64,000 bases of DNA, from positions 17,122 to 81,121 of the forward strand of contig CACWLK010000004.1 of NCBI GenBank assembly GCA_902761715.1. Reading direction: 5' to 3'. Position 1 is the stretch's first letter; every line of letters begins with the position of its first letter. Under the pieces are notes generated by a model. It did no database searches, was not told the DNA's origin, and saw only the letters and a list, made by a program, of their open reading frames with translations. The position numbers were made by a program, and so were the translations under genes. The stretch is from an uncultured Rhodospirillales bacterium. Its GTDB lineage: Bacteria > Pseudomonadota > Alphaproteobacteria > RF32 > CAG-239. Shown one piece after another: positions 51,054 to 61,269 of this stretch.

Positions 51054-51416
51054 ATGAAAAATATTTTATATACTTTGTTTATCGCTGTATTCGTTTTATG
51101 TTCATGCCAAAAACAGTCAAACAAAAATATTGATGCAGATATCATAATTTTTACTCAACAGGGTTGCTCTCACTGTGAAAAAGCTATTGATTTCCTCAAC
51201 AACAAATTACTTGTTAACAATCCTGCGGTTCGTATCGCTCAAATTGATGTTACCTACGATCAAGACAATATAAAAACACTTAAATACTACCTCGACAAAT
51301 ACCAATTCCGCGGGAACCGTGTCGGCACACCGGTAATCATCTTCAACAACCAACTCGTTATGGGCTGGAGTATTGAGAACAAGGTCAAATTACAACGGGC
51401 CTTTGTCTCAAAATAA
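51054..51416 (+). CDS. Thioredoxin-fold (glutaredoxin-like) putative lipoprotein with a CSHC motif
   Basis: Signal plus lipobox MKNILYTLFIAVFVLCSC, CxxC active site IIIFTQQGCSHCEKA and the glutaredoxin-like block GTPVIIFNNQLVMGW. Confidence 0.65.
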   Translation: MKNILYTLFIAVFVLCSCQKQSNKNIDADIIIFTQQGCSHCEKAIDFLNNKLLVNNPAVRIAQIDVTYDQDNIKTLKYYLDKYQFRGNRVGTPVIIFNNQLVMGWSIENKVKLQRAFVSK

Positions 51417-51488
51417 AAACCGCCTTAATAAAAAATTAATATCATGCCAAATACTATAAGCGTATAAGTCTATACCAAAGGTAATTAC

Positions 51489-52661
51489 ATGAAAAAAATT
51501 TATATACCTATAATATTGCTTGCTTTGATATTTATTGCATTCACCTATTCAAGCACAACCAATGATGAGAATTTAGAGGATACAGATATAATTTTAAAAC
51601 ACCTTAACGATACACAGAATTTTGAACAATGGTACCATAATCTTAAGCAACGCGATAAAAACCTTGTTTTGGCTGGAACGGTATATTTTTGTCGCCCAGA
51701 TTTTACTAAAGCTGCATTGCTAATGGGGGGAGATGTTAACACACAATTTGATGTAGTGGAAAGGATTGATAATTATTATGATTCTGAATACGACATCGTT
51801 AGATGTAAACATAGACTTGATATCTATTTGACAGAATACGGTTCATCTCTAGCTGTTGCCGGAATTGGTTCTTGCGAAAATTCTCGTAAAACAATAGATA
51901 TGCTAAAACTCTTAATAGAAAATGGCAGTATAATAAATAAAACTGACTCTCTAGAAACAGCTATTCGGGTAAAAGAGATCAAGACATTGGATTTTTTGCT
52001 ACAAAATGGCGCCGATTTCAACAAACCATATTATGATAATAAAGGTATTCGCGTGTATGCTTTTTCAAGTTTAATAGATATATATATAGATATATGTTCT
52101 CATAAACCTGAACCATTGTATGTACATTCTCCTGATGGTTCAATTGAAGTAGATCGTAATTCCTGCATTGAATACGCTCAAACTGAAGCAATTTGGAACT
52201 ATGTTATAACATATTTGCAAAACCACAAACTCTCTCCTGAAGCCGAAACCGATGCCTACATACACGCATATGGTAATGAAACAATTTTGAAAACACTAAA
52301 TTTGAAACCTGATTATAGAACCACTGCGGCAAAAGATGGGATCATAGAAGCTGCGTGGGGGCAAAAATATGACCTGTTAAAACAGTTAATTGACAATAAT
52401 GTTGACATAAATTATCAAGATGCGTCTGGACGTACCGCACTATATATATTGACTCATAAAGATAATCCCAATTCGGAAGATATTAATGCTGCCAAATACC
52501 TCCTAGAACACGGTATTAATATAAACATCAAGGAACACAATGGACAAACTGCATTTGACAACTGTTCATACCAAATGTGCCTACTTAACCCGAATGGGAT
52601 GCCCGACCCTTTTCCCGATGATGACAAATTAACATATTCCCCTATAACATACCCACAATAA
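51489..52661 (+). CDS. Ankyrin-repeat protein with N-terminal signal/anchor
   Basis: N-terminal hydrophobic segment IYIPIILLALIFIAF. Ankyrin-like repeats include LKLLIENGSIINK, LDFLLQNGADFNK, DASGRTALYILT and AAKYLLEHGININIKEHNGQTAFD. Confidence 0.7.
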   Translation: MKKIYIPIILLALIFIAFTYSSTTNDENLEDTDIILKHLNDTQNFEQWYHNLKQRDKNLVLAGTVYFCRPDFTKAALLMGGDVNTQFDVVERIDNYYDSEYDIVRCKHRLDIYLTEYGSSLAVAGIGSCENSRKTIDMLKLLIENGSIINKTDSLETAIRVKEIKTLDFLLQNGADFNKPYYDNKGIRVYAFSSLIDIYIDICSHKPEPLYVHSPDGSIEVDRNSCIEYAQTEAIWNYVITYLQNHKLSPEAETDAYIHAYGNETILKTLNLKPDYRTTAAKDGIIEAAWGQKYDLLKQLIDNNVDINYQDASGRTALYILTHKDNPNSEDINAAKYLLEHGININIKEHNGQTAFDNCSYQMCLLNPNGMPDPFPDDDKLTYSPITYPQ

Positions 52662-52774
52662 GAATAACTATACTATTATTGAGCGAGGTTTTGAAAAACA
52701 TAGCGAAACTAGATGCCGTTGCATAGCCTCGTTACAAATTGCCGGTAAAAACGGCAATTTGGCACTCCAAGCAA

Positions 52775-52804
52775 TAAAAAATCCGCCTTTTAGGCGGATT
52801 TTTA
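52775..52804. terminator. Bidirectional terminator (ankyrin gene and tRNA-Asp)
   Basis: Stem ATCCGCC/GGCGGAT (52781-52787 and 52793-52799), flanked by A6 and T5 runs. Confidence 0.8.
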
Positions 52805-52805
52805 A

Positions 52806-52882
52806 TGGCGGGAGTGACGAGGCTCGAACTCGCGACCTCCTGCGTGACAGGCAGGCGCTCTAACCAACTGAGCTACACCCCC
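52806..52882 (-). tRNA. tRNA-Asp (anticodon GTC), CCA encoded
   Basis: The minus strand reads GGGGGTGTAGCTCAGTTGGTTAGAGCGCCTGCCTGTCACGCAGGAGGTCGCGAGTTCGAGCCTCGTCACTCCCGCCA. It folds as a cloverleaf with anticodon loop CTGTCAC and T-loop GGTTCGAG-like GAGTTCGAGCCTC. Confidence 0.93.
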
Positions 52883-52898
52883 AGCGAATTCGTTATAC

Positions 52899-52927
52899 CT
52901 TATAACTAACATTTTTTTCATTTGCAA
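52899..52927 (-). promoter_or_regulatory. Sigma70 promoter for tRNA-Asp (TTGCAA-17 nt-TATAAG)
   Basis: The minus strand reads AAAAATGC-TTGCAA-ATGAAAAAAATGTTAGT-TATAAG. The -10 ends about 16 nt before the tRNA 5' end. Confidence 0.6.
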
Positions 52928-53045
52928 GCATTTTTTTCATAAAATATTAAAAAAATAAAAGTATAGGATATCCTGTATTTTTAACTGGTATTTTCTCCCC
53001 TGTGTGCTAGAGTACCGCTGATATAAATGGCTAATTTAAAAGGTA

Positions 53046-54458
53046 TTGTTTTTGCTTAAAGATTTTATAAAACAAATTTACCCGTCGATTAAAACCAAGC
53101 AATGTTTAGTAACATTTTGCTCTACTTTTGCTGTGGCTTTAGCGCTCATATTAGTTATTGCCAAAAACACCTCTGTAAAAGCCTCAGTATCAAATTCGGC
53201 TCCTATGTCTGCCCTTGAAAACGAGGTTGAAAACGATGGTTTTGAAGAAGAAACCATTATTTCTGAAGAAGAAGCCGAGCGCCACCCTATTCCTCATGAC
53301 GGCAAATATACGATTGAAGTAAAATCCGGCGACACATTGCTCAATATTCTCACTGATATGGGAGTTGAATATAAGCATGCCAACGACCTTTTTGTATCTA
53401 TCCGCAAAGTTTTTGACCCGCGCGATCTCCGTATCGGACAAAAAATCGAGATTGAAACCGCAACCATTGACGGATCATATGTTGTAAAATCTCTTGCTTC
53501 AACTTTGAAAACCGGCCAACACCTCAATGTTACCATTAATGATGACAACACGTATTCTGCCCGTGTTGACAAAGACGAACTTATTGAAGAAGTAAAAACA
53601 GTTTACGGACAAATTAACGGCACGGTCTCTGCCTCAATGCACAACAACGGCGTTCCCAGCCGCATTGTTGCCAATTTTATTCACATATTCTCAGCCGGTG
53701 TAGATTTCCGTCGTGATATCAAAAAAGGCGACACCTATGAAATTATGTACAAAAACTACCTGCTACCCGACGGCAGCATTGCCAAAAACGGCAATATTAT
53801 CTACGCTTCAATTACTTTAGGCAAAAACAAGATGGAACTCTACCGCTTTAAGGATGCCGGCGGTAACGTTGACTACTACACTTCGAAGGGTGCCGCAATA
53901 AAGAAAAACCTTCTCAGCCGTCGTCCGATGGCTCACCAGTCAAGTCGCATTTCATCACATTTCGGACGACGTCGTCACCCGATTTATAAAGACATTCGCA
54001 CTCACTGGGGTGTTGACTACCCTGCCCCAAAAGGTTCTGCTATATACGCCGCCGGAGACGGTGTTGTTGAAGTTGCCCAATATCGTAGCGGGTACGGCAA
54101 CTATATCCGCATTCGTCATAACGGAGAATATTCTACCGCATACGGACACATGAACGGCTACGCCCGTGGGGTTAGAGCCGGAACCAGGGTCAAAAAAGGA
54201 CAAACCATCGGTTATGTCGGCTCAACCGGTCGTTCTACCGGACCACACTTGCACTATGAAGTAATCCGCAATGGTCAACGAGTTAACCCGCTAACCATCA
54301 AAGCAACTGCTGCCAACAATCTTACCGGCAAGAACCTGACCAACTTCAAACATCAGGTCAGCAAAATTGATGAAACTCGCAAAAATATGTTAGCCGACGT
54401 GCAAAAATCAGAAAAACTTGCCCAAGAACAAACAGCTCAGTCTGAAAAAGTAAACTGA
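53046..54458 (+). CDS. Membrane-anchored M23 family metallopeptidase (470 aa)
   Basis: TTG start. TM segment FAVALALILVIA, a LysM/OapA-like segment (YTIEVKSGDTLLNIL) and the M23 signature HWGVDYPAPKGSAIYAA...GYGNYIRIRHNGEYSTAYGHM...GSTGRSTGPHLHYEV. Confidence 0.85.
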   Translation: MFLLKDFIKQIYPSIKTKQCLVTFCSTFAVALALILVIAKNTSVKASVSNSAPMSALENEVENDGFEEETIISEEEAERHPIPHDGKYTIEVKSGDTLLNILTDMGVEYKHANDLFVSIRKVFDPRDLRIGQKIEIETATIDGSYVVKSLASTLKTGQHLNVTINDDNTYSARVDKDELIEEVKTVYGQINGTVSASMHNNGVPSRIVANFIHIFSAGVDFRRDIKKGDTYEIMYKNYLLPDGSIAKNGNIIYASITLGKNKMELYRFKDAGGNVDYYTSKGAAIKKNLLSRRPMAHQSSRISSHFGRRRHPIYKDIRTHWGVDYPAPKGSAIYAAGDGVVEVAQYRSGYGNYIRIRHNGEYSTAYGHMNGYARGVRAGTRVKKGQTIGYVGSTGRSTGPHLHYEVIRNGQRVNPLTIKATAANNLTGKNLTNFKHQVSKIDETRKNMLADVQKSEKLAQEQTAQSEKVN

Positions 54459-54871
54459 TTTTTATCAATCCCGTTTATCGTTTTTATTGCCGGATTTCTC
54501 ATAATTGCCGGTAATTCTACGCTACGAAAAACGCTACGAGGATCGGCGTTTTTTACAAACGCCGTTAAATTTCCTCTTGCTTGCGCAATAAATCGCTTTG
54601 ATGCCACAGTCCAAATCTCGGCAACTTTTTGCTTATCATGTTCATCAAATCCGTCACCATCGCCTAACACTTCATTCAACGCCTTCCCGCACGGAGTTTG
54701 GTCAATCATCATTGCTGACGGATTATTTTTTATATATTCAAATGCCGCATCTTTATTTTCTTTAGTCGGCAAAAAGCTGATTGAATATAACACGACACAA
54801 TCAGCATTTGAACTGACATCAAACGTCTCGGCAATTTTCATTGCCTTGTCATACAAATCTTTATCAATCAA
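54437..54871 (-). CDS. Hypothetical protein (144 aa) translationally overlapping the clpB stop
   Basis: The start overlaps the clpB 3' end by 8 nt, and the 3' end overlaps the convergent M23 gene by 22 nt. Its composition looks protein-like, but I recognise no motif. Confidence 0.5.
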   Translation of the reverse strand: MIDKDLYDKAMKIAETFDVSSNADCVVLYSISFLPTKENKDAAFEYIKNNPSAMMIDQTPCGKALNEVLGDGDGFDEHDKQKVAEIWTVASKRFIAQARGNLTAFVKNADPRSVFRSVELPAIMRNPAIKTINGIDKNQFTFSD

Positions 54872-57422
54872 CTTTTTCTATCTCCAGAGCATTATTTTTA
54901 ACCACAATTTCAGCTGTATCATTATCGCCGATTTCATTGTTCAAAATCTTTAACGCCAATTTATTTTCGACTTGCGTCTTCAACAAACGCTTCAATGGAC
55001 GAGCACCGAAGTTCTCATCATAACCATTATTGCTGATCCACGTAATGGCCTCATCGCTGAAATGCAGTTTAATATTTTTCTCTTCCAACCGCTTCTCAAT
55101 ATTGTGCAACTGAATTTTAGCAATTTGCTCAATATCATCTTTACTCAGCTTATCAAACATACTGATCTCATCAATACGGTTAATAAACTCCGGTCTGAAA
55201 GATGCCTTTACCACTTCCATAACCTCGTCTTTGGAGCCGCCACGCATTAAAATATCCGAACCCAAATTAGAAGTCATAATAATGATCGTATTCTTAAAAT
55301 CTACCGTTCTGCCCTTGCTGTCAGTCAAACGCCCGTCATCAAGGACTTGCAATAAAATATTGAACACATCGGGGTGTGCTTTTTCCACCTCATCAAACAA
55401 AATAACCTGATATGGTCTGCGCCTTACAGATTCGGTCAAAGCACCGCCTTCCTCATATCCGACATATCCCGGAGGAGAACCGATTAAACGAGCAACCGCA
55501 TGCTTTTCCATATATTCTGACATATCGACACGAAACATTGCGTTTTCATCATTAAACAAAAACTCTGCCAAAGCTTTGCTCAACTCTGTCTTGCCCACAC
55601 CCGTCGGCCCCAAAAACAAAAATGAACCAATCGGTTGCTTATGATCGCTGATACCTGCACGTGAACGGCGGACTGCATTAGCTACTGCACTAATGGCTTC
55701 TTTTTGCCCGACCACTCTTTGAGCCAAAAATTCTTCCATCTTCAGCAGTTTATCTTTTTCGCCTTCCAGCATTTTATCAACCGGAATTCCCGTCCACTTT
55801 GAAACCACCTCGGCAATTGCCGCATCGGTAACCACGTGTTCGCTGTCTCCCTTTTGCTGTTTGGCCACTTCTTCCAATTCATGGAGTTTTTTCTCCAGCT
55901 GTGGAATTTCGCCATATTGCAACTGTCCGGCCTTTTCAAATTGTCCGTTGCGTTGCGCAATAATTACTTCATTTCTGGCTCTGTCCAGTTTCTCTTTAAC
56001 CTCTGTCAAATCTGCCAACGCCTGCTTACCGGCATTCCATTTTGCCGAAAGTACATTTGCCTTTTCTTCTTCATCGGCAATCTCTTTTTCAATCTCAGTC
56101 AAACGTTTTTGAGAATTATCATCTTTTTCTTTTTTCAACGCTTCACGCTCGATTTTGAGTTGCAAAATCTTACGATCAAGACCATCAAGTTCTTCCGGTT
56201 TTGAATCAATAGCCATGCGCAACGAGCTTGCCGCTTCATCCATCAAATCGATCGCTTTATCCGGCAAAAATCGATCGCTTATATATCTGTTTGAAAGCGT
56301 AACCGCCGCAATCAATGCACTATCAGAAATTCTCACCCCGTGGTGTAGTTCAAACTTTTCCTTAATTCCACGTAAAATAGAGATACTCTCCTCAATCCCC
56401 GGCTCAGCCACAAATACCGGTTGGAAACGTCTTGCTAAAGCCGCATCTTTTTCAACATATTTTTTATACTCGGCCAACGTTGTCGCTCCCAAACAGTGTA
56501 GCTCACCGCGTGCCAATGCCGGCTTTAATAAATTAGAGGCATCCATTGAGCCTTCATTAGCACCGGCTCCGACAATAGTGTGCATTTCATCAATGAATAA
56601 TATTATATTTCCTTCGGCTGCTTCTACATCTTTCAACACCGCCTTCAAACGCTCTTCAAACTCACCTCTGAATTTTGCTCCGGCAATCAGAGCTCCCATG
56701 TCCAAAGCCAACAGTCTTTTGCCTTTCAGACTTTCCGGCACATCGTTATTAACAATACGCATTGCCAATCCTTCAACAATGGCAGTTTTACCGACACCGG
56801 GCTCACCGATTAAAACCGGATTATTCTTGGTACGTCGTGACAACACTTGGATTGTTCTTCTGATCTCTGCATCACGTCCGATAACCGGATCAAGCTTTCC
56901 TTCTTTAGCCTTTGCCGTAATATCTATTGCATATTTTTTCAATGCTTCAAAATTGTCTTCTGCACTCTCGCTGTCAGCCAATCGCCCTTGACGATAGTTA
57001 GCAATTGCCGTATTTAACTTTTGCGCACTGACACCGCTCGACTTCAAAACTTCACAAGCCTTATTGCCGGCCGTCATTACCAGCGCCTGCAACAATCTTT
57101 CAACTGTAACAAATTTATCGTTGGCCTTTGCGGCAATTTGCTCTGCCGCCACCATAACTTCATTAAAATCTTGCGACACAACCGTTTGCACATTGCCCGA
57201 CACCTGTGCAATTTTAGCTATCTCACTTTCAACACCTTTACGCAAATTTTCAAGGTTGCCTCCGGCATCAACAATCAACTTATCAATTACACCATCATGC
57301 GTTGCCAAAATTGCCTGCAACACTTCCAACGCCGTAACATACTGACGTTTGCCGGCTACTGCTGTATCATAAGCTGATTTTATAATTTCTTGCGAACGAG
57401 TAGTAAACTTTTCTAAATTCAT
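54864..57422 (-). CDS. clpB: Chaperone/disaggregase ClpB
   Basis: Two AAA+ modules ([15 protein letters not shown] and [15 protein letters not shown]) with a long middle coiled coil. The ATG at 57422 lies 9 nt after AGGAG. Confidence 0.96.
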   Translation of the reverse strand: MNLEKFTTRSQEIIKSAYDTAVAGKRQYVTALEVLQAILATHDGVIDKLIVDAGGNLENLRKGVESEIAKIAQVSGNVQTVVSQDFNEVMVAAEQIAAKANDKFVTVERLLQALVMTAGNKACEVLKSSGVSAQKLNTAIANYRQGRLADSESAEDNFEALKKYAIDITAKAKEGKLDPVIGRDAEIRRTIQVLSRRTKNNPVLIGEPGVGKTAIVEGLAMRIVNNDVPESLKGKRLLALDMGALIAGAKFRGEFEERLKAVLKDVEAAEGNIILFIDEMHTIVGAGANEGSMDASNLLKPALARGELHCLGATTLAEYKKYVEKDAALARRFQPVFVAEPGIEESISILRGIKEKFELHHGVRISDSALIAAVTLSNRYISDRFLPDKAIDLMDEAASSLRMAIDSKPEELDGLDRKILQLKIEREALKKEKDDNSQKRLTEIEKEIADEEEKANVLSAKWNAGKQALADLTEVKEKLDRARNEVIIAQRNGQFEKAGQLQYGEIPQLEKKLHELEEVAKQQKGDSEHVVTDAAIAEVVSKWTGIPVDKMLEGEKDKLLKMEEFLAQRVVGQKEAISAVANAVRRSRAGISDHKQPIGSFLFLGPTGVGKTELSKALAEFLFNDENAMFRVDMSEYMEKHAVARLIGSPPGYVGYEEGGALTESVRRRPYQVILFDEVEKAHPDVFNILLQVLDDGRLTDSKGRTVDFKNTIIIMTSNLGSDILMRGGSKDEVMEVVKASFRPEFINRIDEISMFDKLSKDDIEQIAKIQLHNIEKRLEEKNIKLHFSDEAITWISNNGYDENFGARPLKRLLKTQVENKLALKILNNEIGDNDTAEIVVKNNALEIEKVD

Positions 57423-57442
57423 GGTTATCATCTCCTATTATC

Positions 57443-57473
57443 TATATAGGAAGTCACAAACCGCAAAGTCAAG
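57443..57473 (-). promoter_or_regulatory. Candidate heat-shock (RpoH-like) promoter upstream of clpB
   Basis: The minus strand reads CTTGACT-N16-CCTATATA. It resembles the CTTG...CYTATNT pattern described for alphaproteobacterial sigma32 promoters, but the spacing is slightly long. Confidence 0.35.
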
Positions 57474-57485
57474 TTTCCGCCGCAA

Positions 57486-57514
57486 CAAAAAACGGAGACT
57501 TTTTTAGTCTCCGC
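57486..57514 (-). terminator. Rho-independent terminator after ychF
   Basis: The minus strand reads CGGAGACT-AAAAA-AGTCTCCG followed by TTTTTT. Confidence 0.8.
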
Positions 57515-57520
57515 TTTTCA

Positions 57521-58630
57521 TTACACATTGAACAAGAAATTCATCAAATCTCCGTCCTGCACCACATAATCCTTGCCCTCGGAACGCATTTTTCCGGCCT
57601 CTTTACAAGCCTGCTCTCCGCCCAAGTTGACATAATCATCATAAGCAATGGTCTCGGCTCGAATAAAACCTCTTTCAAAATCCGAGTGTATAATTCCGGC
57701 ACATTGCGGAGCCTTAGACCCTTTCACAAAAGTCCATGCTCTAACCTCTTTCGGACCGGCGGTAAAATACGTTTGTAAACCGAGCAACTCATAACCGGCT
57801 TTGATAATTCTTGCCAATCCGGTTTCTTTCAACCCCAGAGTTTCCAAAAATTCTTGTTGTTCTTCTTTGTTATCCAACTGTGCAACTTCAGATTCGATTG
57901 CCGCAGAAATAATTACTGCCTTTGCTCCTTCGCTTGCGGCTTTTTTCTCTACAGCTTCTGAAAATTTATTTCCGGTTGCTGCCGAATTTTCATCAACATT
58001 GCAAACATACAAAACCGGTTTAGATGTCAAAAGTTGCAACATTTTATACTCTTTGACTGCATCTTTATTGCTGTCATCGGGAGCAGCCGTTCTTGCCGGC
58101 TTACCTGATTTCAACGCCTTGATAATCGGCTCCATAACTGCCTGACGAACAATTGATTCTTTATCTCCGCCGCGAGCTTTTTTAACCGTTTGGTCATAGC
58201 GTTTTTCCAACGATTCCAAATCAGCAATCATCAACTCTGTTTCTACAATTTCGGCATCACGTATCGGATCAACACTGCCCTCAACATGGGTAATATTGTC
58301 ATCTTCAAAACAGCGTAACACATGAATTATTGCATCAACCTCACGGATATTGGCCAAAAACTGATTGCCCAGCCCTTCGCCTCTTGATGCTCCTTTTACC
58401 AAACCGGCAATATCAACAAATTCCAATTGTGTCGGCACAACGTTCTTGGGTTTTACCAACTCTACCAACTTGTCCAAGCGTTCATCTGGCACAGCAACAC
58501 GACCGGTATTCGGCTCAATTGTGCAAAAAGGAAAATTCGCCGCCTGCGCTGCTATTGTTTGTGTCAACGCATTAAACAGAGTTGATTTTCCCACATTCGG
58601 CAATCCGACAATACCGCAATTAAATCCCAT
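57521..58630 (-). CDS. ychF: Ribosome-binding ATPase YchF
   Basis: 369 aa. [17 protein letters not shown] and a TGS-like C-terminus. Confidence 0.95.
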   Translation of the reverse strand: MGFNCGIVGLPNVGKSTLFNALTQTIAAQAANFPFCTIEPNTGRVAVPDERLDKLVELVKPKNVVPTQLEFVDIAGLVKGASRGEGLGNQFLANIREVDAIIHVLRCFEDDNITHVEGSVDPIRDAEIVETELMIADLESLEKRYDQTVKKARGGDKESIVRQAVMEPIIKALKSGKPARTAAPDDSNKDAVKEYKMLQLLTSKPVLYVCNVDENSAATGNKFSEAVEKKAASEGAKAVIISAAIESEVAQLDNKEEQQEFLETLGLKETGLARIIKAGYELLGLQTYFTAGPKEVRAWTFVKGSKAPQCAGIIHSDFERGFIRAETIAYDDYVNLGGEQACKEAGKMRSEGKDYVVQDGDLMNFLFNV

Positions 58631-58642
58631 AATTTTCTCCTC

Positions 58643-59212
58643 TTAAGCCTTCAGCATACCTATTTTATTACTAAACGCACTGATCCCGTCTTTAAGCAAA
58701 ATACCGATATTATCCGTTACAATTTCAATATTTTGTTCCAGAGCAGCTGCCTCTGTTTTTGAAAATCTCGACAACACGTGGTTAACCACGTCTCCATTGT
58801 TACCTTGAGGGTGTCCTACACCGATTCGCACACGATTATACCCGTTTGTAATATGCGCATCTATGCTCTTAATCCCGTTATGTCCGCCTGAACCTCCACC
58901 GATCTTGGCCTTAATTTTATTGATATCGAGATCCATATCGTCATGTACAACTACAACATGGTCCGGCAATATTTTATAGAACATTGCCGCCTTAACCACC
59001 GAGTTTCCAGACAAATTCATAAATGTTTGCGGTTTAAGCAAATAAACTTTTTCATCATCTATACGACCTTCGGCAATCAGCCCGTCAAACTTGTCGCGCC
59101 ATGGTCCGAAACCATATTTATCTGCAATGGCATCGACCGTCATAAAACCAACGTTATGACGAGTACCTGCATATTCAACTCCGGGATTACCTAAACCGAC
59201 AATCAAAAACAT
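58643..59212 (-). CDS. pth: Peptidyl-tRNA hydrolase
   Basis: 189 aa. LIVGLGNPG..Y..TRHNVGF and GGHNGIKSI. Confidence 0.95.
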   Translation of the reverse strand: MFLIVGLGNPGVEYAGTRHNVGFMTVDAIADKYGFGPWRDKFDGLIAEGRIDDEKVYLLKPQTFMNLSGNSVVKAAMFYKILPDHVVVVHDDMDLDINKIKAKIGGGSGGHNGIKSIDAHITNGYNRVRIGVGHPQGNNGDVVNHVLSRFSKTEAAALEQNIEIVTDNIGILLKDGISAFSNKIGMLKA

Positions 59213-59299
59213 TTTATTGCACCGAATTTAAAAATTTTTCGGAGCGAGATACCGAGACAACCGCTCAGAATCTTAACGCCCCGAAACATTTACTACAGA

Positions 59300-59590
59300 C
59301 TATTTTCTAAGAAAGTCAACGTGAATTGGCATGTCAGAAACTGGGTGGAACTGTACATCCTGGCAAGTAACTTTGATTTTTTTGCCATCAACGACAATTT
59401 CAATGTCAGCATCATAAAAACCAACCATATCCAAAGCTTTTTCAAGCTCAACCGGGTGCAGGCTGATCATAACCGGTTCCTGTTTATTACCATAAATAAC
59501 GGCAGGAACACGTCCCTCACGACGACATGCTCTAGCTGCCCCCTTACCTGCTTTTTCGCGCTTTTCAGCATTAAATGTAATATCTACCAT
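59300..59590 (-). CDS. rplY: 50S ribosomal protein L25, short form (96 aa, no CTC C-terminal domain)
   Basis: REKAGKGAARACRREGRVPAVIYG. The position upstream of pth-ychF is the usual rplY locus. Confidence 0.85.
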   Translation of the reverse strand: MVDITFNAEKREKAGKGAARACRREGRVPAVIYGNKQEPVMISLHPVELEKALDMVGFYDADIEIVVDGKKIKVTCQDVQFHPVSDMPIHVDFLRK

Positions 59591-59703
59591 TTGAATATTC
59601 CTTAAAAAATTAACTTGAATTTTCCGACAGACCTCCAGGGGTGCCTGCCGAACAACACCCTTCTATACCCATATTTATTTTTTTTCAAGCACTTTTTAGT
59701 TAA

Positions 59704-59733
59704 CAAAAAAGAGAGTGCACCACGGCACTCTCC
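59704..59733 (-). terminator. Rho-independent terminator after the 135-aa ORF
   Basis: Stem GAGAGTGC/GCACTCTC (59711-59718 and 59725-59732), followed by a T6 run on the minus strand. Confidence 0.7.
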
Positions 59734-59749
59734 TTTGTGTTGTCAAATT

Positions 59750-60157
59750 TCATACAGTATAGCACGACAATGACGCATTTTTGCCGGTATAGTCAAGCAC
59801 GACCATATCTCTGCAACTGAAACGCCCTTTCTTACTGTCAAAAAACAGTAGGCTTCCGTCATACTTAAGGCTGGCAATCCACACCTGACGCAATTCGTCA
59901 TAGTATATCAGCCTCGCAACGCAGTCTTTGTTTTTGTACGAACCGTGATTAGCCACTGCTACCGACTTTTCCTTTCCAGGCAAAGCCCAAACAACTGTGC
60001 CGACACACATTACCTCGGAAGACAAATCTCCTTCCAAACAGCCGACATTTTTATTCTGGTCTCTGACCAACACGTGATTGTCCTGCACTGCAACAACAAC
60101 CAACTTACATCCGCACACGCGCAAGCGGATTTTTCTGATTAGCTTTTTTACATTCAT
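59750..60157 (-). CDS. Hypothetical protein (135 aa)
   Basis: Basic N-terminus and 8 Cys. I recognise no motif. It has its own terminator. Confidence 0.45.
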   Translation of the reverse strand: MNVKKLIRKIRLRVCGCKLVVVAVQDNHVLVRDQNKNVGCLEGDLSSEVMCVGTVVWALPGKEKSVAVANHGSYKNKDCVARLIYYDELRQVWIASLKYDGSLLFFDSKKGRFSCRDMVVLDYTGKNASLSCYTV

Positions 60158-60251
60158 ATAATAATTATTTTTATGGTGAATAATAAATTTAATGGCTGAA
60201 CAATATTACCATTATTTTAAGTTGTCAATCAGCTGATTTTAATTATAATCC

Positions 60252-60280
60252 AAAAAAAGATGCCGCAATGCGGCATCTCT
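60252..60280 (-). terminator. Rho-independent terminator after galU
   Basis: The minus strand reads AGATGCCGC-ATT-GCGGCATCT followed by TTTTTTT. Confidence 0.8.
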
Positions 60281-61174
60281 CTAAACGACCATCGTATCCA
60301 GCAATTCACGGCAATATGCTCTCAAATCCGGATTTCGCATTAATGTCAGCTTCAGATTCGACTTTGCCAACTCGGCATTTGTCCCGCAATCCAACCGCAT
60401 TGCATCGCACAAAACACCGGTAAGCTTCATACCTCTTTGCGCCGCCAATCCGGCCGCATCTGCCAAATTAATTTCACCATTAGTTCCTTTTTTAACCTCC
60501 GGCAAAATATCCATAATTTCATTTGGCAAAATATAAGGTCCCATACTTGCGTAATTCGATGGCACATCTTCCAACGCCGGTTTTTCAATTTTTCCTTTTG
60601 CTCTGACGATTCGTCCCTCTCTTACTGCTCCAATCAGCGCACCATAACGAACCATCTGTTCACGTGGAAACTCCATAATATTCTCGACCATACCACCTTC
60701 CTGTTCATAAACATTCAGCAATTGGCGCAAAATTCCCTCACCTCCGTGAGTATTGATATACACGTCATCCGGCCACATTACCACAAAGTCGCGCTTGCCG
60801 ACAATCTCTTTAGCCATCAAAACTGCATGACCATTTCCCTTAGGCTCTTTTTGTTCGGCAAAACTAAACTTCATTCCCTCCGGAATAATGCTTTCAATCA
60901 CTTTTAACAAATCAAGCTTGCCTTTTTCACGCAAATGATTTTCAAGCCACGGATAAGGTTTATAATAACCTTCAAACAAGTGTTTACATGATTGATCGCT
61001 ATATATAAAAACAATCTCTTTTATGCCGATTTCCGCACATGCATCTACTGCATACTGAATAATCGGTATACTGTTCAAAGTCAAAAAACCTTTGTGAAGA
61101 ACCTTTGTTGCCGGCAGATTGCGAGTTGACAAGCCTGCAACCGGCAGGATGCAGACTTCTGGTTTTCTAAACAT
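60281..61174 (-). CDS. galU: UTP--glucose-1-phosphate uridylyltransferase (divergent GalU-like nucleotidyltransferase)
   Basis: 297 aa. ILPVAGLSTRNLPATKVLHKGFL, KGNGHAV and the VEKP-like IEKP. Several positions differ from canonical GalU. Confidence 0.72.
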   Translation of the reverse strand: MFRKPEVCILPVAGLSTRNLPATKVLHKGFLTLNSIPIIQYAVDACAEIGIKEIVFIYSDQSCKHLFEGYYKPYPWLENHLREKGKLDLLKVIESIIPEGMKFSFAEQKEPKGNGHAVLMAKEIVGKRDFVVMWPDDVYINTHGGEGILRQLLNVYEQEGGMVENIMEFPREQMVRYGALIGAVREGRIVRAKGKIEKPALEDVPSNYASMGPYILPNEIMDILPEVKKGTNGEINLADAAGLAAQRGMKLTGVLCDAMRLDCGTNAELAKSNLKLTLMRNPDLRAYCRELLDTMVV

Positions 61175-61269
61175 AAAACTCTCCTAAAATCTCATTAATC
61201 ATATAATCGGCAATATAACACCGAAAAAAGCAATTGGACAATATATTTATCCATTATCCCAATGTTTTA

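Noticed and set aside
50942-51145. The extended 187-aa version of the minus-strand ORF 50582-51145.
   Set aside because: The extension overlaps the divergent lipoprotein gene start and has implausible composition. The internal ATG at 50941 has a GGAGGTGG RBS.
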